From positions 1,888,001-1,952,000 of the forward strand of contig CAXXLZ010000002.1 of NCBI GenBank assembly GCA_963675595.2: a stretch of 64,000 nt of DNA, given 5' to 3'. Source of the stretch: Thermodesulfobacteriota bacterium (GTDB taxonomy: Bacteria > Desulfobacterota > Desulfarculia > JACQYL01). Position numbers and translations under genes: made by a program. Shown here one piece after another: positions 62,340 to 64,000 of this stretch (the first letter of the stretch is position 1; each line of letters starts with the position of its first letter). Under the pieces are notes generated by a model. The model made no database searches, had not been told where the DNA came from, and was given only the letters and a program-made list of their open reading frames with translations.

Positions 62340-64000
62340 TCATCTCGACACCTTCAGCAGCTTGGCGTTCACCGCCACGATGACCGTGCTGAGGGACATG
62401 AGGATCGCACCCATGGCCGGAGACAGCAGCACGCCGTAGCTGAAGAGGACGCCGGCGGCCAGGGGTATGGCCACGGCGTTATATCCGGTGGCCCAGATGA
62501 GGTTCTGCACCATCTTGCGGTAGGTGGCCCGAGCCAAGGTGAGGACGGATACCACGTCCAGGGGATTGCTCCTCACCAGCACGATATCCGCCGTCTGGAC
62601 GGCCACGTCGGTTCCCGCTCCCACCGCGATGCCCACGTCGGCCTGAGCGAGGGCAGGGGCGTCGTTCACTCCGTCGCCGGTCATGGCCACGATCAGGCCC
62701 CTCGATTGCACCTCCTTCACCTTCTTGGCCTTTTCATCGGGCAAGACTTCCGCGAAATATTCGTCGAGGCCGACCTCGGAAGCGACCCATTGGGCGGTCG
62801 GTTGGTTGTCTCCGGTGAGCATCATGCAGCGGATTCCCATTTCTTTGAGTTCGGCCACGGCCCGGGCGGATTCCTCCCGGATCTGATCGGCCAGGGCCAG
62901 CGCGCCCTTCGGTTCTCCGTCAACCAAAACGAAAACCACGGTCTTGCCCTGCGAGTTGAATTCCTCGATCCGCTCATCGTCCACACTCAAGTCGTTTTCC
63001 CGCAGGTATCCGGGGCTCACGACCTTGATCTTCTTGCCGTCCACCTCGCCTTGCGCCCCTTTTCCGGGAATCGCCTCGAAATCTTTCAGGTTGCCTTTGT
63101 CGTCGGAGGCTTCGGCCACCGCTCGGGCGATGGGATGTTCGGAACGGGCTTCCACCGTGGCCGCATACCGGAGAAGAGTCTTTTCGTCCATGTCTTGGGA
63201 AAAGGTCACCGTATCCGACAGGCCGAATGCGCCCTGCGTCAACGTGCCCGTCTTATCGAAAATGACCGCCTGGATATTTCTTCCTCGTTCGAAGGCGGCG
63301 CGATCGCGGATGAGCAAGCCGTTCTTGGCCGACAGGGCCGTGGACACGGCTACGACCAGCGGAACCGCCAAACCTAAGGCGTGGGGACAGGTGATCACCA
63401 TCACGGTGACGGTACGCTCCAGGGAAAAGGCGAAATCGCGATCCACCAGAAAAAACCATACGAACAGAGTGATCGCGCCGCAACCCAGGGCGAGCACGGT
63501 GAGCCACAAGGCCGCCGTGTTCGCCAAGTCCTGGCTCCTGGATTTGCTCTGCTGGGCTTCCTCCACCAGATCGATCATTTGGGAAAGAAACGAGTCCTTG
63601 CCGGTCTTCTCCACTTCGGCGGTCACGGAACCCTGCTCATTGATGGAGCCGCCGATGAGTTTCGACCCCACGGCTTTTTCGACGGGTTTGGATTCCCCGG
63701 TGAGCATGGATTCGTTCACCGAAGTCTCCCCCTCCACGACCTCTCCATCCACCGGAATCTTCTCCCCCGGTTTGATCAGCACGCGGTCCCCCGGCTCCAA
63801 TTCCTCGATGGGCACGTCCTCGCTTTCTCCGTCGGCCGACACCTTGTGGGCGTCGGAAGGCATGAGACTCGCCAACTCCTCCAAAGCTCGCGAAGCGCCC
63901 ATGACGGACTTCATCTCGATCCAGTGTCCCAGGAGCATAATATCGATCAGCGTGGCCAGCTCCCAGAAGAAGACTTTTCCGCTGAGCCCGAAAACCACCA
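62340..64000 (-). CDS. copB: Copper-type P1B ATPase with a CPH motif (CopB-like), partial at the N-terminus
   Basis: TGES, ITCPHALGLA, DKTGT, SEHP, GDGVND, YN and MSLST motifs; the start lies beyond the window. Confidence 0.93.
   Translation of the reverse strand, partial: VVFGLSGKVFFWELATLIDIMLLGHWIEMKSVMGASRALEELASLMPSDAHKVSADGESEDVPIEELEPGDRVLIKPGEKIPVDGEVVEGETSVNESMLTGESKPVEKAVGSKLIGGSINEQGSVTAEVEKTGKDSFLSQMIDLVEEAQQSKSRSQDLANTAALWLTVLALGCGAITLFVWFFLVDRDFAFSLERTVTVMVITCPHALGLAVPLVVAVSTALSAKNGLLIRDRAAFERGRNIQAVIFDKTGTLTQGAFGLSDTVTFSQDMDEKTLLRYAATVEARSEHPIARAVAEASDDKGNLKDFEAIPGKGAQGEVDGKKIKVVSPGYLRENDLSVDDERIEEFNSQGKTVVFVLVDGEPKGALALADQIREESARAVAELKEMGIRCMMLTGDNQPTAQWVASEVGLDEYFAEVLPDEKAKKVKEVQSRGLIVAMTGDGVNDAPALAQADVGIAVGAGTDVAVQTADIVLVRSNPLDVVSVLTLARATYRKMVQNLIWATGYNAVAIPLAAGVLFSYGVLLSPAMGAILMSLSTVIVAVNAKLLKVSR

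Overview
GC-rich bacterial chromosome segment. Gene content (single-domain receiver, DASS transporter, sigma54 systems, CoA-transferase, CbiK) suggests Desulfobacterota, probably Syntrophobacterales-like; this is inference. Left to right: a partial secreted-protein gene, DASS transporter, response regulator, cold-shock protein, cupin, tRNA-Lys and tRNA-Glu. Next is an AT-richer hyf-like Ehr operon whose large subunit lacks the NiFe ligands, led by an HTH-PTS IIA gene and flanked by an IS701 remnant. An accessory block follows: HerA-like ATPase, ABC-ATPase + DUF4276/TOPRIM pair, methyltransferase, HigBA with the toxin split by a MITE, amidohydrolase, aldo-keto reductase and AraC regulator. Then come a complete N-ATPase operon, a sigma54-controlled RND efflux operon, and a cobalamin riboswitch with cbiK. 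The most striking locus is a tandem array of four VPLPA/PEP-CTERM surface-protein genes. Three are each headed by a sigma54 promoter plus a c-di-GMP-I riboswitch with ON-type terminator overlap, the fourth has a decayed copy, and a class IIC group II intron sits behind one terminator. The right end holds MscS, hemerythrin, HEAT, HDOD, CoA-transferase, an m4C DNA methyltransferase with a remnant of its probable endonuclease, Phd-VapC and a CPH-type P1B ATPase. Family assignments come from motifs read by eye and recalled knowledge; no database searches were run.
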